Origin: an uncultured Methanosarcinales archaeon
Lineage (GTDB): Archaea > Nanobdellota > Nanobdellia > Woesearchaeales > UBA583
DNA: 64,000 nucleotides
Direction: 5' to 3'
NCBI GenBank assembly: GCA_964429995.1
Contig: CAYSDY010000002.1
Location: forward strand, 6,019-70,018
How positions within the stretch are numbered: the first letter of the stretch is position 1; each line of letters opens with the position of its first letter. The notes beneath the pieces were generated by a model. That model did no database searches and was not told where the DNA came from. It saw only the letters and a list, made by a program, of their open reading frames with translations. A program made the translations under genes and the position numbers. Shown piece after piece: positions 37,478 through 47,105 of this stretch.

Positions 37478-37930
37478 ATGTTTATTTTTCATCTGTTTTT
37501 TATGAAATATTTTTATTTATTGTTTGTAGGTGTGATTTTAGCATTTTCGTTTGTTGCATATGCTGATACTAATGGGATATGGCGTAATGCTGAGGATATA
37601 AGGGCTGGGGTTTTTTCTGCAGATGAGTTTTTTACAGGTAAATACATATTTACATCTGATCTTAATGTTTGGGGAGATCTTATAGTTAAGGAAAAAGTTG
37701 TAGTTTCTGGTACTGATTTTTTGTTGAATACTTTACAGATTAATGGAAATGCTCAGTTTAGTGAAGCGTTAGGCGTTGATTCTATAAGAACATACAATTC
37801 TGCATCATTTACTTTTCATCCTAATGTTAATTTTGAAAAAACAATAAGTATGAACTCTTTAAATACAAATCAATTAAGAGCAAATAAAATCTATGTTAAT
37901 TCAACACATTTTACAGTTACTTTGAATTGA
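37478..37930 (+). CDS. secreted hypothetical protein (150 aa)
   Basis: Signal peptide FYLLFVGVILAFSFVAYA|DT. Confidence 0.4.
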   Translation: MFIFHLFFMKYFYLLFVGVILAFSFVAYADTNGIWRNAEDIRAGVFSADEFFTGKYIFTSDLNVWGDLIVKEKVVVSGTDFLLNTLQINGNAQFSEALGVDSIRTYNSASFTFHPNVNFEKTISMNSLNTNQLRANKIYVNSTHFTVTLN

Positions 37931-38013
37931 GTTTTATAAAATTATAAAATTTTTATTTTAGTATCTTATTCTTTTTCAAAAGTTTTTTAATAACTTGTGT
38001 CCTTAAAATTTAT

Positions 38014-38442
38014 ATGAGATATTTTTCAAACAAAGAAAAAAAAAAGCTTATGGATGAATTGCCTTTGGGGTATCAGGTTCTTAAAAAAGATGAAATTAAA
38101 GAAGATGCTTTAGTGGTATTTAAGGATTGTGAAAAATTTCTTATAATAGATGGAAACAGGTTTTTACCACATCTTAAATCTATTGATGAAAAACATTACA
38201 AATCCGTTTATATTGACAAGGGAGCCATAGCATTTATTGTAAATGGTGCAGATCTTATGCGACCAGGTATAACAAAGATAGAGGATGGGATAAGTAAGGG
38301 GGATGTTGTAATTGTTAGGGATCAAGAACATTTAAAGAAATTAGCTTTAGGTTTTGCATTATTCTCTTCAGATGAAATGGTTGTTCAAAAAATAGGCAAA
38401 AGTGTTAAAATATATCATTATGCAGGAGATTCTTTTTATTAA
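38014..38442 (+). CDS. PUA-domain RNA-binding protein, Tma20/MCT-1-like
   Basis: A DUF1947-like N-terminus is followed by the PUA block VYIDKGAIAFIVNGADLMRPGI...GDVVIVRD...LALGFALFSSDEM... Confidence 0.65.
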   Translation: MRYFSNKEKKKLMDELPLGYQVLKKDEIKEDALVVFKDCEKFLIIDGNRFLPHLKSIDEKHYKSVYIDKGAIAFIVNGADLMRPGITKIEDGISKGDVVIVRDQEHLKKLALGFALFSSDEMVVQKIGKSVKIYHYAGDSFY

Positions 38443-38569
38443 TAATTTCTTATAAATTGATTTTTAAGAAATCTAAAATTTTATGACTTGTTTTGCTAAT
38501 ACAATTTTATATTTTGTAATTTAATATTGTAAAAATATGATTAATTTTTAAAATAATTGTTTGAATAAA

Positions 38570-38827
38570 TTAATCTTCTTCCTCATCTTCGGAATCTTCA
38601 AAATCTTCGTTTTCCAAATTGTCAAGGTATTCTTCTAACTTTTCATTGTACTCTTCAAGTGAGATTATTCCTTTTTCTGCTAAAAGTTCAATAAGAACAT
38701 CAAGCTTGTCATGTGCTTCATATAATAAGTCTAATTCACTTACTTCCTGAAAATCTTCTTCTACCATAGTAATAATTGGTTGTTCTTTTGTACTAATAAA
38801 GCTTTTGGTTTTATTTAAAAATAACAC
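38570..38827 (-). CDS. small highly acidic protein (85 aa), hypothetical
   Basis: The C-terminus is DNLENEDFEDSEDEEED. No motif. Confidence 0.35.
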   Translation of the reverse strand: MLFLNKTKSFISTKEQPIITMVEEDFQEVSELDLLYEAHDKLDVLIELLAEKGIISLEEYNEKLEEYLDNLENEDFEDSEDEEED

Positions 38828-38888
38828 TTTTTTACTTACTAAAAAGTTGTTATAACTTTTTAAAATTAATATTTATGAACATAAAATT

Positions 38889-39905
38889 ATGCTTAAAAAA
38901 GATGCTGTTAAAATAAAAAATTATTTTGAAATTTTTCTTCTTATATTTTTATTTGCTTTTTTTATCTATATGATAAGATATTTTCTTATGTCAATATTTC
39001 TTGCTGCAACTTTTGTTTTTCTCTTGTACAAACCTTATAATTTACTTGTGAAAAAGATTCCAAACAGAAGTTTTTGTGCTTTGTTTGTCATGATTTTGTT
39101 TCTTGTTGTTATAATTGTTCCGTTATATTTTCTTGGAAATGTTATTATGTCTCAAACAATAAGTATGCTTAATGTTGTTGGTAAATCAGATTTTACAATT
39201 GATATGGAATTTTGTAGATTTTCTTTTTGCAGGGTTATAGAGGATGAGCTTGCAGTGTTTGATTTTGAAAGTTTATATCGTCAATTAAGAAATTACATAA
39301 TTAATTCAAGTAGTGCAATATTTACTTCTGTTACTTCTGTATCATTAAACATACTGATATTTATGTTGGCATTTTTCTTTTTTTTAAAAGATGGAGATTA
39401 TTTTTTGCAAGGCATAAAAAAGATGATTCCTATGAAAAATAGTTATAAAGAAATATTATTTTACAGGTTTAAGGAAGTGAGTCAGGGAGTTTTAATAGAT
39501 TGTTTTTTTATAGCTTTTGTTCAGGGTATGCTTGTTGCTTTAGGTTTTTGGCTTGTAGGTTTACCATCTGCAATGATGTGGGGAATAATTGCTTGTTTTT
39601 TTGCATTACTGCCCATGATTGGTACAGCTTTTGTTTGGTTACCAGCAGTTATATACCTTGTTTTTTCAAAGAATTATATTTTTGCAATATTTCTATTTAT
39701 TTATGGTTCATTGATTGTAGGTTTGTCTGATAATTTTTTACGTGCAATGCTTTTAAAAAAAAGAAGTGATGTTCATCCATTTTTGATATTTTTAGCAGTT
39801 TTTGGTGGATTGAGTGTTTTTGGTTTTTTTGGAATATTTATAGGTCCTATAATAATAAGTCTTCTTGTTACAATGGTACATCTTTACAAACTTGAATTTG
39901 AATAA
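38889..39905 (+). CDS. AI-2E family transporter (PerM/YhhT, UPF0118)
   Basis: Eight TM helices and the conserved C-terminal core ...GLPSAMMWGIIACFFALLPMIGTAFVWLPAVIYL...LSDNFLRAMLL...HPFLIFLAVFGGLSVFGFFGIFIGP. Confidence 0.75.
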   Translation: MLKKDAVKIKNYFEIFLLIFLFAFFIYMIRYFLMSIFLAATFVFLLYKPYNLLVKKIPNRSFCALFVMILFLVVIIVPLYFLGNVIMSQTISMLNVVGKSDFTIDMEFCRFSFCRVIEDELAVFDFESLYRQLRNYIINSSSAIFTSVTSVSLNILIFMLAFFFFLKDGDYFLQGIKKMIPMKNSYKEILFYRFKEVSQGVLIDCFFIAFVQGMLVALGFWLVGLPSAMMWGIIACFFALLPMIGTAFVWLPAVIYLVFSKNYIFAIFLFIYGSLIVGLSDNFLRAMLLKKRSDVHPFLIFLAVFGGLSVFGFFGIFIGPIIISLLVTMVHLYKLEFE

Positions 39906-39989
39906 TAATTTAAAATAAAACAGTATTTTTGAACTTTTAGGCATCAAAAAAGCATCATATTTATAAAAATATAAAAATTTAATATATAA

Positions 39990-40328
39990 ATGTCTGATGA
40001 TAAAAAAAAAAAAATAGATGATTTGAAGAATCAACAACCAGCAAAAGTTAAATTTCCTTCAGGTGATCAATTTATAGGTATAGTTGAGAAGAGGCTTGGA
40101 GGTTCAAGAATGAATATTAAGAGTGTTGATGGTAGAGAGATCCTTGCAAGAGTTCCTGGAAGAGCGAAAAAATTTCTTTGGATAAGAGAAGGAGATATCG
40201 TTCTTCTTGAGCCATGGGAGTTTGATAAAACCAAAGCAGATCTGTTTTATAAATATAAACCAAATGAAATCAAAGCACTTGAAAGAAAGGGACTTTTAGG
40301 TAATCTTGAAAATATAGAAGAATTTTAA
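39990..40328 (+). CDS. eif1a: translation initiation factor aIF-1A (eIF1A)
   Basis: S1-like fold: GIVEKRLGGSRMNIKSVDGREILARVPGRAKKFLWIREGDIVLLEPWEFD. Confidence 0.85.
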   Translation: MSDDKKKKIDDLKNQQPAKVKFPSGDQFIGIVEKRLGGSRMNIKSVDGREILARVPGRAKKFLWIREGDIVLLEPWEFDKTKADLFYKYKPNEIKALERKGLLGNLENIEEF

Positions 40329-40359
40329 GTTAAAAAAAATTAATTAATAAACCAATTCT

Positions 40360-40827
40360 TTATTCATCCTTTGCAGTAAGAAAAAGGCTTTTCATTGCAA
40401 CTATCATTACTGCAGGAACTATAAGTGCTATAAGATATGAAAATATCATGTTAAATGATTTACTTGCAAAGAGCATTTGATTTACCATACTTAAGAAAGA
40501 ACCAGATAATATTACAAGTGTAAATCCTGCAACAAGAAATTCAACAGTTTCTTGTCTTGTTATATTAAGTATTCCTATTAATATACCTATTGTTATCAAT
40601 ATACCAACTACTACTCTATTGCTATTTCCTGTAAGATTCAAAAGACCTGATACGATTACTATCAGTAGACCAGATAGGAAAAGTATTGAGCCATGATGTT
40701 CTTTTTTTATGTGAAATTGTTTTTTATGTTGTTTTTCCATAATATTAGCATGTGTATTTTTACATATAAAAATATTGGGTGTTATTTGTGAGTGAATCTT
40801 TATCAAACTTATTTTTGATTTTTTCAA
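40360..40827 (-). CDS. 4-TM membrane protein (155 aa), hypothetical
   Basis: Hydrophobicity only. Confidence 0.45.
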   Translation of the reverse strand: MKKSKISLIKIHSQITPNIFICKNTHANIMEKQHKKQFHIKKEHHGSILFLSGLLIVIVSGLLNLTGNSNRVVVGILITIGILIGILNITRQETVEFLVAGFTLVILSGSFLSMVNQMLFASKSFNMIFSYLIALIVPAVMIVAMKSLFLTAKDE

Positions 40828-40894
40828 ATCAAAATATTTTTAAATGAATGTGAACTTGATTATTTAATTTAGGCGTATGTCTGAATTAATTTAC

Positions 40895-40974
40895 GTAAGG
40901 ATAGCGAAGTGGTCAAACGCGACCGACTCAAGATCGGTTCCTATGGTTCGAGGGTTCGAGTCCCTTTCCTTACA
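40895..40974 (+). tRNA. tRNA-Leu (anticodon CAA), ~80 nt with an extended variable region
   Basis: The acceptor GTAAGGA/TCCTTAC is perfect. The anticodon stem is ACCGA/TCGGT with loop CU-CAA-GA. The T-arm is GAGGG-TTCGAGT-CCCTT. The variable region is 11 nt. Confidence 0.75.
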
Positions 40975-41317
40975 TCAGTTTTGCTAATTTTTATAAACTA
41001 TGACATGTTGTTACTTCTAAATGAATAATTATATCTATGATTTAATGATAAATAGGGTAGGAATAAATGCTTATGTTTTACCTGTGGATCCTGTTTATAG
41101 AGTTGCAAATAATCTTTATAATTCAAAAAATCATGTTTTAGATGATAAATCTGAGAAATCACAATCAAAACCTTTTAAAAGTTTTGAAGAAATATTAAAA
41201 GAAGAATGTGATAAAGAATAACTTATTGCTACCTTGAAGTGATAAAAATTAAGGAACTAATCTTTATTTTGCCTTTATTTTTGAAAGATTTATAAATATG
41301 CTTGTATTGTAAGGATT

Positions 41318-41620
41318 ATGGAAAAGAGTGGATTAGAGGGTATAATAGATGATGGATTTGGCTATTTGCCAAAGAATGCTAAAAAGGTGTTGGGAGCTGG
41401 TGTGCTTTATGTATTTTTATTGGGTGGTGTTGATTCTGCTGATGCATATGGTATGATGAAAAAAGGTTTAGAAAATCCTGATTATGGTGCCAAGCAGGGA
41501 ATTGTATTGGTTTATGAGGGAGTAAGTAAGCCTAATTTGCCTGGATATAAAGGAAATGATGTCAAACCAGAGAGTTTAAAAGGATATGATACTGAAAAAA
41601 GATATGCTAATAAGAGGTAA
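41318..41620 (+). CDS. hypothetical protein (100 aa)
   Basis: An ORF with one TM-like segment (VLGAGVLYVFLLGGV). Confidence 0.35.
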   Translation: MEKSGLEGIIDDGFGYLPKNAKKVLGAGVLYVFLLGGVDSADAYGMMKKGLENPDYGAKQGIVLVYEGVSKPNLPGYKGNDVKPESLKGYDTEKRYANKR

Positions 41621-41633
41621 ATAATCATTTAAA

Positions 41634-42314
41634 ATGTCTAATTTTTTTAAAAAATCTAAAAAAGGATTATGTGGTGTACTTTTAGGTTTAGGTGCAAGTA
41701 TTATTCCTTTATCTGTTGCAGATGCTGCTTTATATTTGAAGATTGATAAGGTTATTCCATACGCTAGCATTATGGAAAGTGCTAGAAATAAGGCTTTTGA
41801 TTTATCAACTGATCCTAGTATTAATGTTGTTGCATCTTCTCCAGATGGTAATTTTGTTTTAGATGATGTATTAGTTGATCAGATATTTAAAAAATATAAA
41901 GAAGGTATTGACTTGTTATTGTTAAACAGACATGAAGAACCTGTTGGAATGATTACTTTTGAAGATTATGGTTCAAAAGGTACAAAAATACATGAGGGAT
42001 TATTAGATAAAAAAAAAATAAATTCTAGATTTATGTTCTCAATTGTTCCTTTAAAGGATCAGTTTTCATCTTTTATGCTTAAGCTTAATAGTGATTATGA
42101 ATCAAAAATAAGATCTCAAAGGGTTGATAATGTTTATCATATTTCAATTTATGATAGTAAGGATAGTAAATTGTCTGCTAATGAAAAAATAGATGAATGT
42201 GTTCTTGCTGTTGTTTCTGATGGCAAAGTTAGAAAAAATCTTGTAGAAGGTGCACAATTAAGGATTGATAAAGCAGATTTTGGTTTTTATCAGGGAAGAT
42301 ATGCTAATCAATAA
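41634..42314 (+). CDS. secreted hypothetical protein (226 aa)
   Basis: Signal peptide KKGLCGVLLGLGASIIPLSVADA. Confidence 0.45.
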   Translation: MSNFFKKSKKGLCGVLLGLGASIIPLSVADAALYLKIDKVIPYASIMESARNKAFDLSTDPSINVVASSPDGNFVLDDVLVDQIFKKYKEGIDLLLLNRHEEPVGMITFEDYGSKGTKIHEGLLDKKKINSRFMFSIVPLKDQFSSFMLKLNSDYESKIRSQRVDNVYHISIYDSKDSKLSANEKIDECVLAVVSDGKVRKNLVEGAQLRIDKADFGFYQGRYANQ

Positions 42315-42386
42315 ATATTTTTATATTTAAACACAATACAACTTAATAGTGGTAAATTTTATAAATAAGTAATTGTTACTAATATA

Positions 42387-43334
42387 ATGGCTTATAACTC
42401 TTATTTTGATAAGATACTTAAAGAAGATCCTTTTTTTAGGAAAGGATTTAAACAACAATATTACAGAGGATGTCTTGAAAATATATTGGATGAATTACAA
42501 AAAGATGTTTTAAATGTTGATGATTTTTATAGTATGGTAAGATTAGTTTTACATCCTGCAAGAATAATAAGAGGAGTTATTGATTATAAGTTAAGTTTTC
42601 CATATGCACAATCTTTAGATGTTTTAATGCAATCTGCATTAGATTTGTCGCTTGAAATTTATTCTTTAGGTCAAAATTTGCCTTTAAAAATTAATGAATT
42701 TAAAGGTAAAATAAATGATACTGGAAACTATTTGCTTCTTGAAAATGAAATATGTCAAAATGTTGATGGAATAACATGGAAGGCATCAAATCCGGTTAAA
42801 ACTAAAAAAACAGTAGAAGAACTTATTGGTAAAACAAACAAATCTCCAGTGCTTTTTGTTGCTCTTGGTCATGGTGGAGTTGCAAGTGGAATGGATACAT
42901 ATTTAAGATATTGTGATATGTGTAAAGATAATGATTCAGCTTTTTATGTTGTAAGATTTTCTACAAGAAAAATGAAAGATAAAATACCTTGTGTTGATAG
43001 TTATGATATTAATTATCTTAAACAGAATATAGAAAACAGAATTACTGTTGTTTTTGATGAAGATAAGAGTACTGGCAATACATTAAACAGTGCTGTATCT
43101 TTTTTAAGAGATAATATTTTTTGTGGAATTGAACCTATTGGTCTTATAAATCTTGATTCAAGTGATGAATTACAAAATCAAACAGGAAATGATATGATAA
43201 TGTTAAAGAGCAATTTATGTTTTGGTAAAAAAAACATAAATGTAAAAATAGTTAATGAATATGGAGTTATAAGGTATCAAAGAGATTTTGAAGAAATTGA
43301 TGATTTAGATGATTTGGAAAAATATTGTATTTAA
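42387..43334 (+). CDS. phosphoribosyltransferase (type I PRTase)-like protein with a ~150-aa N-terminal extension
   Basis: PRPP-binding-like motif ITVVFDEDKSTGNTLNSAVSFL (hydrophobic4-D-E-D-x-S-T-G-x-T), preceded by VLFVALGHGGVASGMDTY. Confidence 0.5.
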   Translation: MAYNSYFDKILKEDPFFRKGFKQQYYRGCLENILDELQKDVLNVDDFYSMVRLVLHPARIIRGVIDYKLSFPYAQSLDVLMQSALDLSLEIYSLGQNLPLKINEFKGKINDTGNYLLLENEICQNVDGITWKASNPVKTKKTVEELIGKTNKSPVLFVALGHGGVASGMDTYLRYCDMCKDNDSAFYVVRFSTRKMKDKIPCVDSYDINYLKQNIENRITVVFDEDKSTGNTLNSAVSFLRDNIFCGIEPIGLINLDSSDELQNQTGNDMIMLKSNLCFGKKNINVKIVNEYGVIRYQRDFEEIDDLDDLEKYCI

Positions 43335-43337
43335 AAA

Positions 43338-43856
43338 ATGGTTAATAAAAAAATAAAAAACATGATAATATCATCTGCAATATTTGCAAGTATTGGTTTG
43401 TTTTCTTGCAATGCTGATGCAAATTATTATTTTAAGACAAGTATTGTTAAAGAACCAGTTAAAATGTTTGATGATATTGTTGCATTAAAATCAGATAATG
43501 GGAAAATTGAGGGAATAATTTCAAAAGAAATATTAAATAAAAGAGGAGCTGTTGATTTAAACGGATTATTTATTGATAGTAATCCTTTGTTAGAAGAGGT
43601 TTTGATGTATTATGAAAATCGTATAAAAAAGTATAATGAATTAATAAATATGGGTTTGTCTGATCAAATAAAAGGTTATGATGGATATCTTCTTTTTAAA
43701 AAATGTGATCCTGCTGATTCATACAAAAGTAGTGGATATGAGATTTTAGGAATATTTTCAGGTGTTTCTATAATGGGAGGTGAATATCCTAAAAAATCAG
43801 TTTTGATTGTTGCTGATGATATGTTAGAAAAACTGACTAGAAAATATGATAGATAA
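43338..43856 (+). CDS. lipoprotein (172 aa), hypothetical
   Basis: Lipobox-like signal SAIFASIGLFSC|NADA. Confidence 0.45.
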   Translation: MVNKKIKNMIISSAIFASIGLFSCNADANYYFKTSIVKEPVKMFDDIVALKSDNGKIEGIISKEILNKRGAVDLNGLFIDSNPLLEEVLMYYENRIKKYNELINMGLSDQIKGYDGYLLFKKCDPADSYKSSGYEILGIFSGVSIMGGEYPKKSVLIVADDMLEKLTRKYDR

Positions 43857-44022
43857 TAGTACATTTGATACAGGAATAAAAAAACTTAAGATTAAATAAA
43901 AGTAATTTTTAAAAAAATTACAAAATGTTTATCTAATTGAATTTTAAAATTCTCTATGTATTTCTTTTTGAGTTTAAATCGGACAAAGCTATATTTTGAC
44001 GTTCCGTTCAATTGAGGGATGT

Positions 44023-44788
44023 TCATTCTCGGTTGTTTAAATAGGCTGTTGAGAGGGGAGCTAAGTGACTAAAATAGGGTTTTTCTTCAATTCTAACAGT
44101 CAAAAAAGATCTTGCGTAAAACGTCAATGTAACCGATCGTTTAGGGGAATTTTGGTGTAAACAGGTAGCTAACAGGTGAACTTTCGGATTTTTGATTTTG
44201 TAAGCAAGTCTCAAATAAACACTCAATTTTTTGTATTGTTTGCTGAGTGTACTTTTCACCTCTGTTTGTAATAAACACATACTGCGATTTTTGGTTTAGT
44301 TTTTGCAGTTCTTTTTTAACTTTTTGTGAGAGTATTACTATTCTGTCTTTTTTTTCTTTTGCTCGCTTTAAGTGAATGGTGTTTCTGTTAAAGTCAATGT
44401 CTTGCCATTTAAGGTTAATGATCTTACTGATTCTTAGCCCTGCCGAATATCTTGTTTGAAAAATTAATCGATGGTTGATGTTCGTAGTTACCTTGATTAA
44501 ATTATCGATCTCTTCTTTTGAGAGTATTATCGGGAGCTTTTTTTCTCTCTTGACATTTTGCAGGTTATCAAGAACTTTTTGTATTTTAGCAGATTATTTT
44601 TTCATGATATTAAGGTAGAATTTTATTGTAAAGCCTGCTGATCGAATGGTTTCGTCAGATTTGTCTTTTTCTATGAGTGAAAATAAGTAGTCTCTTGGCT
44701 GTTTCTTTGATACAATAAATCTGTTAATATGATGTAAATAATTATTGATCGTCTTTTGTGAATATCCTTTAAGTTTGCATTCTTGCAT
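44023..44788 (-). pseudogene. XerC/D-phage-type tyrosine recombinase (integrase), inactivated by an in-frame TAA and a downstream frameshift
   Basis: The N-terminal SAM-like domain (44594-44788) is KLKGYSQKTINNYLHHINRFIV. In the same frame after TAA at 44594-44596 comes the catalytic domain LPIILSKEEIDNLIK...RYSAGLRISKIINLKWQDIDF (with the first catalytic Arg), running to a stop at 44141. The C-terminal segment ...HLLATCLHQ...TLTFYARS (HxxR/Tyr region) is in another frame (44023-44280). Confidence 0.7.
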
Positions 44789-44995
44789 GACCTGTGCATC
44801 TATTTAAGTTTCAAAACTTGTTTTCCAAGCATAAAATGAGGAGATTTCAGAAATATATAAAAATTCGTATTTTGCAATAAAAATAAATATAAAACGTAGT
44901 ATTATTACGTTTAATAGTTGTTATATTCAATTTGTCCTTCTAAAAAAAAGAAGTAAAAATGGGGGCTTCTAAAAAAAAGGGATAAATTCTAAAAC

Positions 44996-45140
44996 TTTGC
45001 ATTTGGCATAGTTGCACTAAATTTTAGTCCTTCGAGGAATATAACAAAGATTTAGAGGTTTCGTTCGGTTGCACCTTATTACATCCAAATTTTTACTACG
45101 CAAAAACTTCGTTAAATTCCGATGTTAGTTGCAATTATTT
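44996..45140. repeat. iteron-like array of three GTTGCA(C/A) motifs at 57-60 bp spacing (45011, 45068, 45128), with interspersed G-runs
   Basis: tagTTGCACtaaatttt / cggTTGCACcttatta / tagTTGCAAttattttt. It sits in the non-coding stretch between the integrase remnant and the 45300 gene. Confidence 0.3.
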
Positions 45141-45299
45141 TTAAGGGCTAAAAAATTGAAGGGGACAATTTTGTTATTTAAGGGCGAGAAAACTATTTCG
45201 GAAACTTTCCTGAAAAATCAACATAAATTTTATATATTTCAATGTTTTAATAACAATTGTAAGTTAAAAAACTGAACAACTTTTAGGGGGAAAATAAAA

Positions 45300-45620
45300 A
45301 TGACACAAGCTTTAGAACAAATGTTAAAAGACACTTTTGTGCCAAACATTGCACAAAATAGAATGTATCAAACAATAGATACATACACAAGCGGAACAAT
45401 AGCACTATACACACCGCCAGTAAAAATATTTGATTTTCCAAATATTGGAGCGACAGTTCATATTCATGGAAGTGCAGATAGAAACGCTCTTTATGGTGGA
45501 GATGTAAGACCTATTGGAAGTAATGAACCATTTAGAAGGTTAAATTCTTATGAATCCGCAATGGCTGATTATTATCTGACACAAGCCGGAATCAAACCAA
45601 TTGAACCTAAAAAATGGTAA
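45300..45620 (+). CDS. hypothetical protein (106 aa), first gene of the island cassette
   Basis: A strong bacterial-style RBS (tttAGGGGGaaaataaaaATG). Codon usage and GC content differ from the host genes. Confidence 0.5.
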   Translation: MTQALEQMLKDTFVPNIAQNRMYQTIDTYTSGTIALYTPPVKIFDFPNIGATVHIHGSADRNALYGGDVRPIGSNEPFRRLNSYESAMADYYLTQAGIKPIEPKKW

Positions 45621-45644
45621 TTACATTTTTTATTTTTTCTTATT

Positions 45645-45917
45645 TTGGAGGGAATGTTTATGGTATTTGAAATCGACCCAAATAAACTAAAAAAAGATTT
45701 AATTTATGTTTATGAATGCTACTTGTCAAGCAATACTGACCTAAATAAAATAGCATATGAAAAAGCTCAAGAAATGGATGGTCTTTGGAGTGGAGATTTC
45801 TTATTTAAAAAATCTATAGAACAAGCTATTGGTGGGCTTAGATATATCTATCTTGAACCCAAGTTACCAAAATTAAAAGCTAATAAAATACTTTTAGATT
45901 TAAAAAATGAAAAATAG
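45645..45917 (+). CDS. hypothetical protein (90 aa). The probable true start is the ATG at 45660 (MFMVFEI...), preceded by GGAGGG.
   Basis: An SD-like ttGGAGGGaatgtttATG, 25-40 nt after the previous stop. Confidence 0.45.
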   Translation: MEGMFMVFEIDPNKLKKDLIYVYECYLSSNTDLNKIAYEKAQEMDGLWSGDFLFKKSIEQAIGGLRYIYLEPKLPKLKANKILLDLKNEK

Positions 45918-45951
45918 TATTGAAGTTAAATTAAAATGAGAGGTAAAGTCC

Positions 45952-47022
45952 ATGCATTCACTTGATTCTTTATTACAGGATGCTTCTTCTTTTATTAATT
46001 CAGAATTCAATTTACAATTAAGAAAATCGCAATTGAAACCTTATTCTTTTGAAAATTGGCAAGAATTTTGTCAAATTAATGGTTTTGATGTCAATAGTGA
46101 AGGTTTATATGTTCCTGTTTCTTATTCTGCTTATGTGAGAACTGATAGTAATGTTTTGGTTTCTAATCTTTTTCATGAGTTGTATGGTCATGGTTTATTT
46201 TGTGAACATTCCCAAATTGGAAAAAGACTGATTGAAATAATCCAAAATAGCGGTGATGAAAAAGGTTTTATGTTTGATGAAGTAAACCTCCAAGAACAAC
46301 CTCTTGGCTTAGCTAAGTATAATATTCATAATTACGAAGGTTTTGCTGTTTGGCTTGAAGCTTTGCTTTGTGAGGAAACCGATAATTATAAAGTTTGGCA
46401 ATTAAAAAGAGATAAGTTACCTGATGATTTTGTTTCTTTATTTGAATATTTTGAAGATGTAGAACAGAGATTATCTCGTTTTGGTTTTATGTCCCAGCTT
46501 GGTTTCCCTAAATTTTATAGTGATGATAAAGTTTTAGATGTTGCAAAAAGAGTGTACAGTTCTGCTTTTGAGAATATTGATTTTGTTGTTCTTTATGGTT
46601 CTCAGAAATCTGAAAGTGATATTGATTTGTTTATTATTTCAAACAATCCTTCTTCAAATTATTTTAATGGTTGGATTGATATTTATGAATTGAATAGAGA
46701 AGAGTTTAATCAATTATCTAATAATTTCGATATCAGTGTAACTGATCCATTGTTTACAGGTAGATTAATTTATGGGAATAGAAATTCTTTTGAACAATTG
46801 AGAAACAAAATTTTGAATCTACCTATAACTCAAGAAGCAATTAATCATAATAATTCAGAAGCACAAAAGCAGAAAAAATATTTACCACATCTCTCTGATA
46901 CGGATAAACGAAGAAAAGATTGTTTATCATATATTGATAGTTTTTCTCAAAATGCAGAGCAATTAAGTTTAGGTAACAAACCGTTAACATTAGCAAATCT
47001 TAAAGATATTTATACAAAATAG
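45952..47022 (+). CDS. 356-aa protein with a polymerase-β-type nucleotidyltransferase motif (hGS...SDIDL) in its C-terminal half, and an N-terminal domain bearing HELYGHG
   Basis: IDFVVLYGSQKSESDIDLFIISNN resembles the GS-x(n)-DhDh NTase signature, although the spacer is short. The N-terminal FHELYGHGLFCEH is not a canonical HEXXH. SD is GAGAGGtaaagtccATG. Confidence 0.55.
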   Translation: MHSLDSLLQDASSFINSEFNLQLRKSQLKPYSFENWQEFCQINGFDVNSEGLYVPVSYSAYVRTDSNVLVSNLFHELYGHGLFCEHSQIGKRLIEIIQNSGDEKGFMFDEVNLQEQPLGLAKYNIHNYEGFAVWLEALLCEETDNYKVWQLKRDKLPDDFVSLFEYFEDVEQRLSRFGFMSQLGFPKFYSDDKVLDVAKRVYSSAFENIDFVVLYGSQKSESDIDLFIISNNPSSNYFNGWIDIYELNREEFNQLSNNFDISVTDPLFTGRLIYGNRNSFEQLRNKILNLPITQEAINHNNSEAQKQKKYLPHLSDTDKRRKDCLSYIDSFSQNAEQLSLGNKPLTLANLKDIYTK

Positions 47023-47105
47023 TTTCCCCGTCTTGATTTTTTTATTAGATGGTACTTTGTGCTTCATAAAAATAAAATTGTCCTTGGATAATTGTCCTTT
47101 ATGTG

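Noticed and set aside
44996-45140. Possible mini-CRISPR array suggested by ~58-bp periodic GTTGCA motifs.
   Set aside because: The repeats are short (7 nt conserved) and their flanks are degenerate. There are only three copies and no spacer/repeat structure or cas genes, so this is more consistent with iterons or binding sites.
45952-47022. A zinc metallopeptidase assignment for the 356-aa island protein, based on HELYGHG.
   Set aside because: The motif is HExxxH, not HExxH. With no downstream Glu or His ligand pattern, a zincin assignment is not supportable from sequence alone.
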